Shown: positions 51,567 to 51,620 of the stretch, piece by piece
Position numbering within the stretch: position 1 is the stretch's first letter
Layout: each line of letters opens with the position of its first letter
Origin: Candidatus Levyibacteriota bacterium
GTDB taxonomy: Bacteria; Patescibacteriota; Microgenomatia; Levybacterales; GWA1-39-11
Length of the DNA stretch: 51,620 bases
Assembly: GCA_039738415.1 (NCBI GenBank)
Contig: JBCLLY010000001.1
Coordinates: forward strand, 1-51,620
Direction of reading: 5' to 3'
Notes under the pieces: generated by a model
Database searches by the model: none
What the model was told of the DNA's origin: nothing
What the model saw: the letters and a program-made list of their open reading frames with translations, nothing else
Position numbers and translations under genes: made by a program

Positions 51567-51620
51567 TATGTTGAGCTTCTTGACTGAAGTTAAAAATGAA
51601 CTGTATAAGGTAACGTGGAC
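51567..51620 (+). CDS. secE: preprotein translocase subunit SecE, 5' end only
   Basis: MLSFLTEVKNELYKVTW matches the conserved SecE N-terminal pattern (FL.EV..EL.KV.WP). Runs off the window. Confidence 0.55.

Overview
This 51.6-kb chromosomal segment comes from a visibly AT-rich, streamlined bacterium that looks like a Candidate Phyla Radiation / Patescibacteria (Microgenomates-like) genome. The 16S rRNA gene stands alone (about 1.45 kb, minus strand), has divergent universal-primer sites, and has no linked 23S/5S. Recognisable housekeeping genes are dcd, mreB, def, fmt, rpmB, rplJ-rplL, dprA, mreC-mreD-mrdA, a sortase, a dsbA/dsbB-like pair, truB, ndk, argS, galU and the start of secE. There are two tRNAs (Ile-GAU, Arg-CCU), one large structured RNA that resembles RNase P RNA, and many lineage-specific hypothetical proteins. 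The standard bacterial code fits all long ORFs. I saw no CRISPR array, cas genes or phage structural genes. Accessory content: (1) A GC-rich nhaA island lies next to a 289-nt duplication of the dprA 3' end; that duplication brackets a PT-linker/dockerin surface-protein gene split by a G9 tract. (2) A 26.4-33 kb cluster encodes paralogous membrane-anchored surface proteins. They share a leaderless-type promoter, an N-terminal module and a C-terminal STF(K/Q)FT motif, and the cluster contains a 330-nt near-identical internal duplication and an embedded vapBC pair. (3) An IS30-family transposase remnant. (4) Several families of small GC-rich palindromic elements, some sitting in frame inside essential genes (argS, fmt, mrdA, truB). 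The most unusual signal is a roughly 70-nt hairpin motif that I cannot assign to any known family. It is conserved with compensatory base changes at two unrelated loci: inside a tRNA-like T-loop next to tRNA-Ile, and upstream of galU. Each copy abuts a duplicated or relic gene end. All calls come from reading the sequence and the ORF track; no database search was run.
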